Below, one piece after another: positions 1 through 7,451 of a stretch of 45,515 bases of DNA. Location: assembly GCA_964494435.1 (NCBI GenBank), contig CAZBSN010000001.1, positions 1 through 45,515 of the forward strand. The letters run 5' to 3'. Source of the stretch: an uncultured Candidatus Peribacteria bacterium (GTDB lineage Bacteria; Patescibacteriota; Gracilibacteria; Peribacterales; Peribacteraceae). The stretch's first letter is position 1. Each line of letters opens with the position of its first letter. Under the pieces are notes generated by a model. That model ran no database searches and was not told where the DNA came from. It saw only the letters and a list, made by a program, of their open reading frames with translations. A program made the position numbers and the translations under genes.

Positions 1-26
1 GGCAATGTGCTGATAGGCTTGCCGGC

Positions 27-185
27 ATGGGAAAGCTCTCGATTTTCAAAGACTTATGGCTGTTCATGGGCGCACGCAAGCAGTGGTGGTTGATGCCACT
101 CATCGTGACGATTACCGTCTTCGCATTCCTGATGATTTTCGCTCAAACGTCGCCTCTCGCGCCGTTTATCTACACGTTGTTCTGA
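27..185 (+). CDS. small single-pass membrane protein, DUF5989-like (52 aa)
   Basis: ATG at 27, TGA at 183-185. It falls below the 60-aa cutoff of the ORF track, so I translated it by hand: MGKLSIFKDLWLFMGARKQWWLMPLIVTITVFAFLMIFAQTSPLAPFIYTLF. The basic 'RKQWWLMP', one hydrophobic helix and C-terminal 'APFIYTLF' match my recollection of the DUF5989 family. Confidence 0.55.
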   Translation: MGKLSIFKDLWLFMGARKQWWLMPLIVTITVFAFLMIFAQTSPLAPFIYTLF

Positions 186-229
186 GGTTACATTAGAGAG
201 TTGGATGTTCCGACGCTATATTCTTCGTT

Positions 230-793
230 GTGAAACCAATCATATTTATCGGACCCATTGGTGCAGGCAAATCCACAATAGGCAAGCTCATTGCCGAGGA
301 ATTGTTGCTTCCAACTTTCTCTCTCGACGAGGAGGAGCACCTCGCTGCGTCTGTGGGCTACGATGTAGAACACTATAAGAGGATGCAGGAAGAAACGGGA
401 TTACTCGATGCCTATGAGTACCGCCGCAGTTTTTATGACCGTCTGGTTCCTTTGTTTCTTGCATCGCACGATCACGGAGTATTGGATCTAGGAGGAGGCC
501 ATCCAATTGTGCCAGACAATAAAAAACAGGAGGTAATTAAGGATGCTCTTGCGCCGTATGGGCACATCTTCCTGCTCATGCCTACTCCGGATCCTGAAGA
601 ATCCATCAAGATCCTGCGAAAGCGCAATCAACTTGCCAAAGATGAACCCGATCTCAATGAATTATACTTTAAGAATGGAAACCGAACGTTTTGGGAAATC
701 GCAAAATTTCCTATCTATACAGAGGGAAAAATGCCAGAGCAAACATGCGCAGAAATTCTTAAGCTCATAAATGAGAACGATGGTGCGGGATAA
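230..793 (+). CDS. P-loop NTPase / small-molecule kinase (shikimate/gluconate-kinase-like)
   Basis: GTG start. Walker A 'GPIGAGKST' lies near the N-terminus. At 187 aa the size and layout fit SKI/AAA_18-type kinases. The substrate cannot be inferred. Confidence 0.65.
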   Translation: MKPIIFIGPIGAGKSTIGKLIAEELLLPTFSLDEEEHLAASVGYDVEHYKRMQEETGLLDAYEYRRSFYDRLVPLFLASHDHGVLDLGGGHPIVPDNKKQEVIKDALAPYGHIFLLMPTPDPEESIKILRKRNQLAKDEPDLNELYFKNGNRTFWEIAKFPIYTEGKMPEQTCAEILKLINENDGAG

Positions 794-811
794 ATCAGGT
801 ATTCTAATGAC

Positions 812-2629
812 ATGTGTGGCATTGCCGGATTCAGCGGCGAAAATCGCGAGCAGATCGAACGGATGACTCGGTGTCTCGTGCACCGCGGCCCGGACGGTAA
901 TGCGGTGTGGACAGGACAAGGCGCTTCGCTCGGTCATGCACGTCTCGCGATCTTGGATCCACGACCAGAGGGAGATCAGCCGATGTGGAATGAAAACAAA
1001 ACAATCGCGATCGTCTACAACGGTGAAATTTTCAACTACCGCACGCTGCGAGAGGAGGAAAAGTTTTCATGCAGAACGACGACAGACACCGAAGTGCTGC
1101 TGAAACTCTATGAGAGACACGGCATGAAGTTCCTGCCGAGACTCCGAGGGATGTTTGCCATGGGCATTTACGACACGCGCGACCACTCATGGCATCTCGC
1201 ACGTGATACATCAGGAATTAAGCCGCTCTACGTTGCGTATCCAGAGAAACAACTCGCGTTTGCATCGGAAGTGAGATCACTCGCATCTGCATTACCACAG
1301 AAACCGGCAATCAACATGCGATCGCTCTCGCACTACATGAGATTGCAGTACGTCCCGGGACCAGAAACGCTCTGCGAGGGCATTGAATCACTCATGCCGG
1401 GGACACTCCTCGAATGGCGGGAAGGTACAGAGAAGCGCACGACGTTCCGGTCCATAGAATCGCATGCGCCTTTTGCCTCAAAGGGGTACTTCAGCGAGGC
1501 CTTCCCTGTCCTCATGCAGGAAGTAGTGAAGGACCACCTCATTTCCGATAAACCCGTCGGCATTTTCCTGAGCGGCGGGATGGATTCGTCGATCGTGTTG
1601 CATCACATGTGCAAGAATTCGACAAAACCCGTGAAGACATTCACAGTTCGCTTCGAAGCGACGGAGGAAGAAGGGAGTAAGCGCTTCAACGCCGATGCAG
1701 ACTTGGCAAAACTGACAGCCGCGCACTACGGCACAGAGCACAAAGAGATTTTCCTCACCGCTGAGCTCTTCAAGACGCTCTACCGCGAGACGGCTCGCTC
1801 GCTCGATCAGCCGAATGCCGATCACGTCTCGGTCGCGCAGTTTCTCCTCGCACGTGAAGCGAAGAAGGACGTCGACGTTGTGCTGAACGGTGCGGGAGGC
1901 GATGAACTCTTTGGCGGATACCCGCGTTATCGCATCGCGAAGATCTTGCGGGCGCTCCGCTTCATACCACCTTCTGTCCGATCATTAGCCGGGGGCATGT
2001 TTGGCCATCCGAAGGACGTCTTGGCGCTCCAACCTGGAGCGGAACTGGCAGAGCGCCTTTTGGCACGGCCAAGCCAAGAACTCCACGACCTCGCGCGCGG
2101 AGACTGGGCAGACGCGTCGCTCACCTCGCGCCTCTTCCGTGAACGGTTCTCAACGCTCAACCAGCTCGACCCTCTCCGTGCGTTCATGGAATTTGATCGC
2201 AGCCTCTGGCTCGTCGATGAATCCCTGCGACTCACCGACGGCACGACAATGGGCAGCGGCCTTGAAGCTCGTGTCCCTTTCCTCGACCCGCGCGTCATCG
2301 CTGCATCACACGCGACGAAGAGCGACTGGCACGTGACGATGAGAAGAACGAAGGCGCTTCTGAAAGATACGTACCGCGGCATTCTTCCGGATCACCTGTA
2401 TGGGCTTCCCAAGGCCAGCTTCTATCCCCCGCTCGCGAAGTGGCTCCGGAGAGAGTCCGCTCCCCTCGTAGAAGAGATGCTCGAACACAAACGCATACAA
2501 GAACTCTTCAAGGTTGAGAAGGTTCGCGATCTCTTTGAGCGTCATAAACGGAAGGAAACCTACGCTCTGCATACGCTTTCATCGCTCATCCAGCTCTCGC
2601 ACTGGTTTGATGCAGTGTACGATGCGTAA
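812..2629 (+). CDS. asnB: asparagine synthase (glutamine-hydrolysing) family amidotransferase
   Basis: N-terminal 'MCGIAGF' provides the Cys2 nucleophile of Ntn-type glutamine amidotransferases. PP-loop 'FLSGGMDSS' is present. 605 aa. Confidence 0.9.
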   Translation: MCGIAGFSGENREQIERMTRCLVHRGPDGNAVWTGQGASLGHARLAILDPRPEGDQPMWNENKTIAIVYNGEIFNYRTLREEEKFSCRTTTDTEVLLKLYERHGMKFLPRLRGMFAMGIYDTRDHSWHLARDTSGIKPLYVAYPEKQLAFASEVRSLASALPQKPAINMRSLSHYMRLQYVPGPETLCEGIESLMPGTLLEWREGTEKRTTFRSIESHAPFASKGYFSEAFPVLMQEVVKDHLISDKPVGIFLSGGMDSSIVLHHMCKNSTKPVKTFTVRFEATEEEGSKRFNADADLAKLTAAHYGTEHKEIFLTAELFKTLYRETARSLDQPNADHVSVAQFLLAREAKKDVDVVLNGAGGDELFGGYPRYRIAKILRALRFIPPSVRSLAGGMFGHPKDVLALQPGAELAERLLARPSQELHDLARGDWADASLTSRLFRERFSTLNQLDPLRAFMEFDRSLWLVDESLRLTDGTTMGSGLEARVPFLDPRVIAASHATKSDWHVTMRRTKALLKDTYRGILPDHLYGLPKASFYPPLAKWLRRESAPLVEEMLEHKRIQELFKVEKVRDLFERHKRKETYALHTLSSLIQLSHWFDAVYDA

Positions 2630-2635
2630 TGCCCG

Positions 2636-4096
2636 ATGCTGTTCCACTCCCCTGACTTCCTTTTTGTCTTCCTGCCCGTGGCACTCGCGGGATATTTCGT
2701 CTGTGCACGCTTCGGAAAGGCGTGGATGGCATTGGCATGGCTCACCGCAATGTCACTCCTCTTCTACGCGGAATGGAGCGAACGGTTCGCGCTGCTGCTC
2801 TTTTGTTCCATCGTCATCAACTATGTATTGGGCGACGCGCTGAGGAGAAACAACACCTGGAAGCGGCCGTTACTTACTCTCGGCATCGTGCTCAACCTCT
2901 CCGCACTTGCGTACTGCAAATATGCGAACTTCTTCCTCGACACGATTGGGTCCGATTGGACTCTGAAGGTCATCTTGCCGCTCGGCATTTCGTTCTTTAC
3001 CTTTGAGCAAATCGCATGGCTCGTGGAAAGCAGCCGGAACGAAGTGAAGACTGATTTCCTGCGCTACGCGGCATTCGTCACGTTCTTCCCAAAGCTCATT
3101 GCCGGGCCGATCGTTCGCCCGCATGAACTGCTGCCGCAGTTGGACGATGTGCAGACGAGACATCCACGCATGGAGAATTTCTCGGTCGGCATCACGATGT
3201 TCTCGATTGGACTCTTCAAGAAAGCGGTGATTGCTGATGCGTTGGCCCCCATAGCCGACACGATGTTCCGTGCAGCATCGGACGGCGATGTGACGTCAGT
3301 CGGTGCATGGACAGGAGTTGTCGCCTTCGCGCTTCAAATCTACTTCGACTTCTCCGGCTACACAGACATGGCCCTCGGCGTCGCGCGAATGTTCGGATTG
3401 AAATTGCCGCTCAACTTCGACGCACCGTACCAGTCGCTCTCCATAATCGACTTCTGGCGTCGGTGGCACATGTCCCTCTCGCGCCTCATCCGCGACTACG
3501 TCTATATCCCCCTCGGCGGAAGCAAGCGAGGAACCACGAGGCGTTACCTCAATCTCTTTATCACGATGGCTCTCTGCGGGCTCTGGCATGGAGCGGGTTG
3601 GACCTTTGTTGTGTGGGGAGCAATGCACGGTGTGTTCCTCATTGTGAATCACCTCTGGAGAAGCGTGAGAAAGGCCTTCGGTCTGGGGACGACAAGCACG
3701 TGGTGGAGCAGGAGCATTGCATGGGCTGTCACAATGATCTCGGTGTTGATCGCGTGGGCCTTCTTCCGCGCGGAGGACATGGCGTCCGCGTGGACGATCC
3801 TGCAGTCGATGGTTGGTCTTGGAAGTGGAACAAGCATCCCCCTGACGATATTTGCCACGCCTGCAGAATTCTGGCTCGTGATTCTCGGAGCGGGCGTCTT
3901 GCTCCTCCCAACCACGCAGCAATTCTTGCGATCCTACGCTCCGGCATATGAAGAAGAGATCGCGGAACGGGGCGTCGTCCGCATGCGATGGAAACCGAGC
4001 ATCACAACAGCATTCGCCACATCGGTGCTCTTCGTGACTGCGGTCTTTGTCTCCGTTGTTTCGACACGAACCGAATTCATCTACTTCCAATTCTGA
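2636..4096 (+). CDS. MBOAT family membrane-bound O-acyltransferase (AlgI/DltB/PatA-like)
   Basis: 486-aa polytopic protein. 'IIDFWRRWHMSLSRLIRDYVYIPLGGSKRG' and 'LWHGAGW' match the MBOAT catalytic-His region. Confidence 0.9.
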   Translation: MLFHSPDFLFVFLPVALAGYFVCARFGKAWMALAWLTAMSLLFYAEWSERFALLLFCSIVINYVLGDALRRNNTWKRPLLTLGIVLNLSALAYCKYANFFLDTIGSDWTLKVILPLGISFFTFEQIAWLVESSRNEVKTDFLRYAAFVTFFPKLIAGPIVRPHELLPQLDDVQTRHPRMENFSVGITMFSIGLFKKAVIADALAPIADTMFRAASDGDVTSVGAWTGVVAFALQIYFDFSGYTDMALGVARMFGLKLPLNFDAPYQSLSIIDFWRRWHMSLSRLIRDYVYIPLGGSKRGTTRRYLNLFITMALCGLWHGAGWTFVVWGAMHGVFLIVNHLWRSVRKAFGLGTTSTWWSRSIAWAVTMISVLIAWAFFRAEDMASAWTILQSMVGLGSGTSIPLTIFATPAEFWLVILGAGVLLLPTTQQFLRSYAPAYEEEIAERGVVRMRWKPSITTAFATSVLFVTAVFVSVVSTRTEFIYFQF

Positions 4097-5253
4097 TGCG
4101 CCACGGAACCTACATCGCCATCGTCGCACTCTGCGGGCTCGTACTGCCGCTCGCGGTCGCAGTAAACGCGGCATACCTGTGGCGTGCTGGCGAGCTCATG
4201 ACGATTCGAGAGATTGTCCGTATGCAAACGGAGGATGACACATGTCTCTATGGCACGGCTCTGCATGATGACACGCCGGCGTACAAGTACGAGGCATACA
4301 AAGCATTGAAGCCGGACATTGTTGTCCTGGGATCATCACGAGTCCTCACGGCGCGACAAAGCTTCTTCAGCGGCTCGTTCTACAACATGGGCAGCACGAT
4401 GCGATCAGCCGGGCTCGGAAGAGAGGCGGTGTCGTTCATGCTCGAACATCACACGCCGAAGTCCGTCTTCATCGCGATTGATCCATGGTGGTTCGCAGAT
4501 AATTTCCCGTACAAGGACGTGAAGCAAGGAAACGCACCAACGCGCTTCACGTTCGAAAAACTCCTGCAACCACTCTCGTGGATTGTGAGCGGCAAAGTAA
4601 CGCCAGATGAATTTTGGGACACACTCACCCAAGCACCGACGTCATGCCGCATCGGCGTGCAAGCGATGCAGAACGATGACGGCTTCGCCATCGACGGTTC
4701 CCACTACTACACCGGCGTCATCACCGGGCAGCGACCCGACGAAGCAGACATCAGCTTCGGTTCGGAGATTGAAGCAATCCAAGAAGGCCGAGGACACTCA
4801 CTGCCGAGCGATGCATTGGATGAGCAGTCGGTAGCGGCGTTCATTGAGATGGTGCACGAACTGGAAGCAGAAGGAATTAACGTCTTCGTGTTCCTTCCCC
4901 CGCTCTCCCCAACGGTCGTCGAGGCGATGCGCACAAGCGGCCACGCATACAGATACGCCAAGAAGTTGTCAGACACATTGGTCACATCGGGAATTCCCTT
5001 CCTCGATCTCACCGACCCGTCGCTCACGGGCTCAACCGATTGCGAGTTCGTCGACGGAATTCATGGCGGCGACGTTGTGGCGGCGAGAACGTTGCGCGCG
5101 ATCGACAACAAGCTCTCGTCCAACAATGGGATGCGCATGTGGTTAAACAGAGATGCGATAGACGAAATGATTAAAACGAGTGCAGGAAGGGCGACGGCGA
5201 AAGAGGCGCATGTGCCTGAAGTGGATTTCTTGGCTTTGGGATGCGAGAAATAG
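4096..5253 (+). CDS. SGNH/DltD/AlgJ-like acyltransferase partner of the MBOAT (membrane-anchored)
   Basis: ATG 4096 overlaps the MBOAT stop (TGATG at 4094-4098). There is an N-terminal TM helix 'YIAIVALCGLVLPLAVAV'. 'VVLGSSRV' (Ser block) and the C-terminal 'FVDGIHGG' (D-x-x-H block) resemble DltD/AlgJ/AlgX-type proteins. I rejected the ORF-track start at 3988 because it lies inside the MBOAT gene. Confidence 0.55.
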   Translation: MRHGTYIAIVALCGLVLPLAVAVNAAYLWRAGELMTIREIVRMQTEDDTCLYGTALHDDTPAYKYEAYKALKPDIVVLGSSRVLTARQSFFSGSFYNMGSTMRSAGLGREAVSFMLEHHTPKSVFIAIDPWWFADNFPYKDVKQGNAPTRFTFEKLLQPLSWIVSGKVTPDEFWDTLTQAPTSCRIGVQAMQNDDGFAIDGSHYYTGVITGQRPDEADISFGSEIEAIQEGRGHSLPSDALDEQSVAAFIEMVHELEAEGINVFVFLPPLSPTVVEAMRTSGHAYRYAKKLSDTLVTSGIPFLDLTDPSLTGSTDCEFVDGIHGGDVVAARTLRAIDNKLSSNNGMRMWLNRDAIDEMIKTSAGRATAKEAHVPEVDFLALGCEK

Positions 5254-5371
5254 TGAATACAGTGTAATTGACTTATTCGTTATTTATTATAATGTATATT
5301 AGCATACGCAAGTGTGCCCATCTTTAAAATCACAGCAGGTCCCCTATCCGATAATCGAAAAGGAACTCGCG
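5254..5371 (+). promoter_or_regulatory. AT-rich spacer, probable promoter region for the DMT gene
   Basis: This is the most AT-rich stretch in the window ('ttgacttattcgttatttattataatgtatatt'). TTGACT at 5268-5273 and TATAAT at 5288-5293 are separated by only 14 nt, so it is not a canonical sigma70 promoter. AAGGA lies 7 nt before ATG 5372. Confidence 0.3.
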
Positions 5372-6265
5372 ATGTTCTACTGGGCTATGGCTTCGTACAT
5401 CTTGTTTAGCGCGATCGCGCTATGCCTGATGAAAAAACTGACTACATCTCTGCCGAAAAGTTCGGCCGTCATGTGGCAGTTCGGAGGATCGAGCATACTC
5501 GCAATCACCTTCTGGTGTGTTTCAGGCATGCCGGATCCCGAATGGAACTGCATGTGGATCGCAGCCGTTGGCTTTGTGAATGCCTTTGGGGCATACGCCC
5601 AATGGCAAGCTCTGGAAACGAGCTTGAGTAAGACAAGCTTCCTCCTGACGCTCAGCCCCATTTGGGCAACGATCCTCGCGATTGGCATCCTCCAGGAGGA
5701 TATCTGGGGGAATTGGAAAATCCTGGGAGGTATCGTTGTGCTGCACCTGGCAGCAATGGCGATCGCACTATTGAAGGAGGATCCGAAACCTAAGAACGAC
5801 GACGGCATGCCAGCCGAGAAGCCGCAAAAGTTGTGGCTTCCATGGGTCATTGGTGCACTTCTTATTTTCGGAAGTGCGGCGTTTCTAATGAAGGTCAGCA
5901 CGATCGCCAACGTGCCACACGCGCTCTTCCTGCCGTCATGGTACGGAGGCGCGTTCCTCGGAGGACTATTAATCTATGCGATAAGGCGAGAAGAACCGTT
6001 GACTATGTCGCAAGCGTCGTCTGCGCTCCTCGTCGGAGCGTCGATCATCTGCCAATTAGCATCCCTCTACTGGGGTTTCCAGTTGGCCGATGCGAGTGTC
6101 GTCCTGGGCATCGCAAGTTTTGTAAATCCCATCCTCGCGATCGTCTTGGGCATCTACGTCTTCCACGAAGAAATCGTATTGTCTCTATGGCACTACGTCG
6201 CCTTCGCTCTGGGTATCGCAGGATGCGTTCTCATTGCCGTCGGCGGTCTCTACAGCCTGCTGTGA
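5372..6265 (+). CDS. EamA/DMT-superfamily permease
   Basis: 297 aa from ATG 5372 (the GTG 5312 alternative is possible). About ten hydrophobic helices fall into two similar halves, as is typical of EamA-type transporters. Confidence 0.6.
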   Translation: MFYWAMASYILFSAIALCLMKKLTTSLPKSSAVMWQFGGSSILAITFWCVSGMPDPEWNCMWIAAVGFVNAFGAYAQWQALETSLSKTSFLLTLSPIWATILAIGILQEDIWGNWKILGGIVVLHLAAMAIALLKEDPKPKNDDGMPAEKPQKLWLPWVIGALLIFGSAAFLMKVSTIANVPHALFLPSWYGGAFLGGLLIYAIRREEPLTMSQASSALLVGASIICQLASLYWGFQLADASVVLGIASFVNPILAIVLGIYVFHEEIVLSLWHYVAFALGIAGCVLIAVGGLYSLL

Positions 6266-6310
6266 AAACTCCCCCTCAATCGCATGATGTGATTGAGGGA
6301 GTTTTATTGT
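6266..6310 (+). terminator. rho-independent terminator
   Basis: It follows the TGA at 6263-6265 directly. The left arm 6266-6281 'aaaactccccctcaatc' pairs with 6291-6304 'gattgagggagttt' (9-bp GC-rich stem, 2-nt bulge, then 5 more bp) around a 9-nt loop. The T-rich 'gttttattgtt' follows. Confidence 0.6.
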
Positions 6311-6354
6311 TCACGCCTTCTTGCCGAACCTTCGCCTCCTGCTACCCTCTCTTC

Positions 6355-7284
6355 ATGCTCTCGCTCATCCAAAAGCCCCTCGACCGCCTCGCTGAACGCG
6401 CCCGCTACTGGCCGATCTTCTATCGAAAGTACAACAACGTCCTTGGTTACACGCTCAATGAGCGGTTCGGCAGCTACGCACGAAAGTGCCAGGCGGCGTA
6501 TCGGCAGAAAACAGGTGAGCAATTGGATCCTCATGCATCGGAGTTACGGAAGGAAGGCACGATGCTCGTGCGAAACGCGTTCTCTCGCGAGGACGCACTC
6601 GCCATTTCGGATGAATTCTCACGGAGAGCGCAACAGGACGACGGCGTCATCCACGGCAAGAACGACGCTCTTCAGGTCGGACTCGCAAAGCCTGTGTCGA
6701 CCCTCAATCTGAAACCCCTCGATGTCTTCAAGAACCCTGATGTGGACCGCGAACTGAGACAATACTTCGGCGGGTACTACCGCATTATGTTCACGAACAG
6801 CTATCGCTCGTTCCCGACGGATAAGATCGAGGAATCGTGGCTCTGGCACACCGACAGTTACCCGATCTATACCTGCAAGTTGTTTCTCTTCTGCACGGAC
6901 GCCGGTAAGGACCAAGGTGCGACGCAGTTCATGAGCCGCGAAGATACGATGCAATACCGAGCCGCCGGATACTTTGGAAATATTACAAAGGATCGCCTGA
7001 GCGACTTGGAACCGTTCGCGAAGGAACACGGACTTCCCTACCGCCCCTTCCAGCATGAGGCGGCTGCGGGAGACGTCATGCTTTTCGAAAACAACGGACT
7101 CCACCGCGCGGTCCCACCCAAGGCTGGATTTAGAGACGTCATAGCGTTCGGTCTTCTGCCGAGCATGCGCCCATGGGACGAGCAATTGAAGCTCGACGGC
7201 ATCGAGAAGATCGAGAAGGCTACGCACTTCCCAAAGGACCCGAACAAGGAGGACAGTCCCACTGCTGCAGGCGGAATGATGTGA
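6355..7284 (+). CDS. PhyH-like Fe(II)/2-oxoglutarate-dependent oxygenase
   Basis: 309 aa from ATG 6355. The ORF-track start at 5833 overlaps the DMT gene in another frame and is Arg-rich junk. 'SWLWHTDSYP' (H-x-D) plus the distal 'GDVMLFENNGLHRAVPP' give the facial-triad pattern of phytanoyl-CoA-dioxygenase-type enzymes. Confidence 0.6.
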   Translation: MLSLIQKPLDRLAERARYWPIFYRKYNNVLGYTLNERFGSYARKCQAAYRQKTGEQLDPHASELRKEGTMLVRNAFSREDALAISDEFSRRAQQDDGVIHGKNDALQVGLAKPVSTLNLKPLDVFKNPDVDRELRQYFGGYYRIMFTNSYRSFPTDKIEESWLWHTDSYPIYTCKLFLFCTDAGKDQGATQFMSREDTMQYRAAGYFGNITKDRLSDLEPFAKEHGLPYRPFQHEAAAGDVMLFENNGLHRAVPPKAGFRDVIAFGLLPSMRPWDEQLKLDGIEKIEKATHFPKDPNKEDSPTAAGGMM

Positions 7285-7309
7285 ATAGCAGCTTGGATCG
7301 CAATCTGAT

Positions 7310-7363
7310 GATTCCAAGAATCCACGATTCCGGGATTCCAGGAATCTGGGTATCTCGGAATCC
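7310..7363. repeat. cluster of GATTCC / GGAATC hexamers (direct and inverted), possible operator or RNA structure
   Basis: GATTCC occurs at 7310, 7326 and 7334. GGAATC occurs at 7341 and 7357, and GAATCC at 7318. 7334-7346 is a perfect palindrome, GATTCC-A-GGAATC. GATTCCG (7326-7332) can pair with CGGAATC (7356-7362). The cluster sits in the largest spacer of the window (7285-7451). Confidence 0.35.
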
Positions 7364-7451
7364 TGTGTAGCTCCTGTGACATGCTAGTTATTGTTTTTCT
7401 TGCAGATATTGGACTTTTGGGCGATTCGCAAACAGGTCTCGCTCCTCTATC

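Noticed and set aside
3296-4174. 292-aa ORF on the minus strand, antisense to the MBOAT gene.
   Set aside because: It is a shadow ORF in a GC-rich coding region. The translation is Arg/Glu/Cys-rich low-complexity sequence with no motif, while the + frame carries unambiguous MBOAT blocks.
5268-5293. TTGACT ... TATAAT pair that looks like a perfect sigma70 promoter.
   Set aside because: The spacer is 14 nt by my count, outside the functional 16-18 nt range. I kept only a low-confidence call of an AT-rich promoter region.
5833-6354. Long N-terminal extensions offered by the ORF track: 5833 for the oxygenase, 23066 for the GT4, 10027 for the SDR, 34998 for the DegT gene, 3988 for the SGNH-like gene, 18576 for the NeuD-like gene, 32677 for the methyltransferase, and 32894, 29553, 27125, 26166 and 45284 on the minus strand.
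   Set aside because: The extensions overlap the upstream gene in another frame and translate to Arg/Pro-rich junk. In each case an internal ATG or GTG gives a family-typical N-terminus, often with an ATGA overlap to the upstream stop.
6619-7317. 232-aa minus-strand ORF antisense to the oxygenase. The same applies to other long antisense ORFs: 8253-8942(-), 9503-10186(-), 11089-11721(-), 12586-13329(-), 15532-16224(-), 18588-19187(-), 23792-24511(-), 27608-28399(+), 35448-36248(-), 43045-43713(+).
   Set aside because: Each lies fully inside a gene whose opposite-strand product has clear family motifs. None shows a recognisable domain. Their compositions are typical of antisense frames of ~55% GC coding DNA.
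7334-7346. The palindrome GATTCC-A-GGAATC considered as a terminator hairpin.
   Set aside because: A 1-nt loop is sterically impossible for an RNA hairpin and no U-tract follows. I kept it only as a possible protein-binding dyad or as part of a larger structure.
7173-7370. 65-aa + ORF (and the 165-aa minus ORF at 7038-7535) spanning the GATTCC repeat spacer.
   Set aside because: The + ORF starts inside the oxygenase gene in another frame. Its peptide (..IPRIHDSGIPGIWVSRNPV) simply mirrors the DNA repeats. I see no start context and no sign of conservation.
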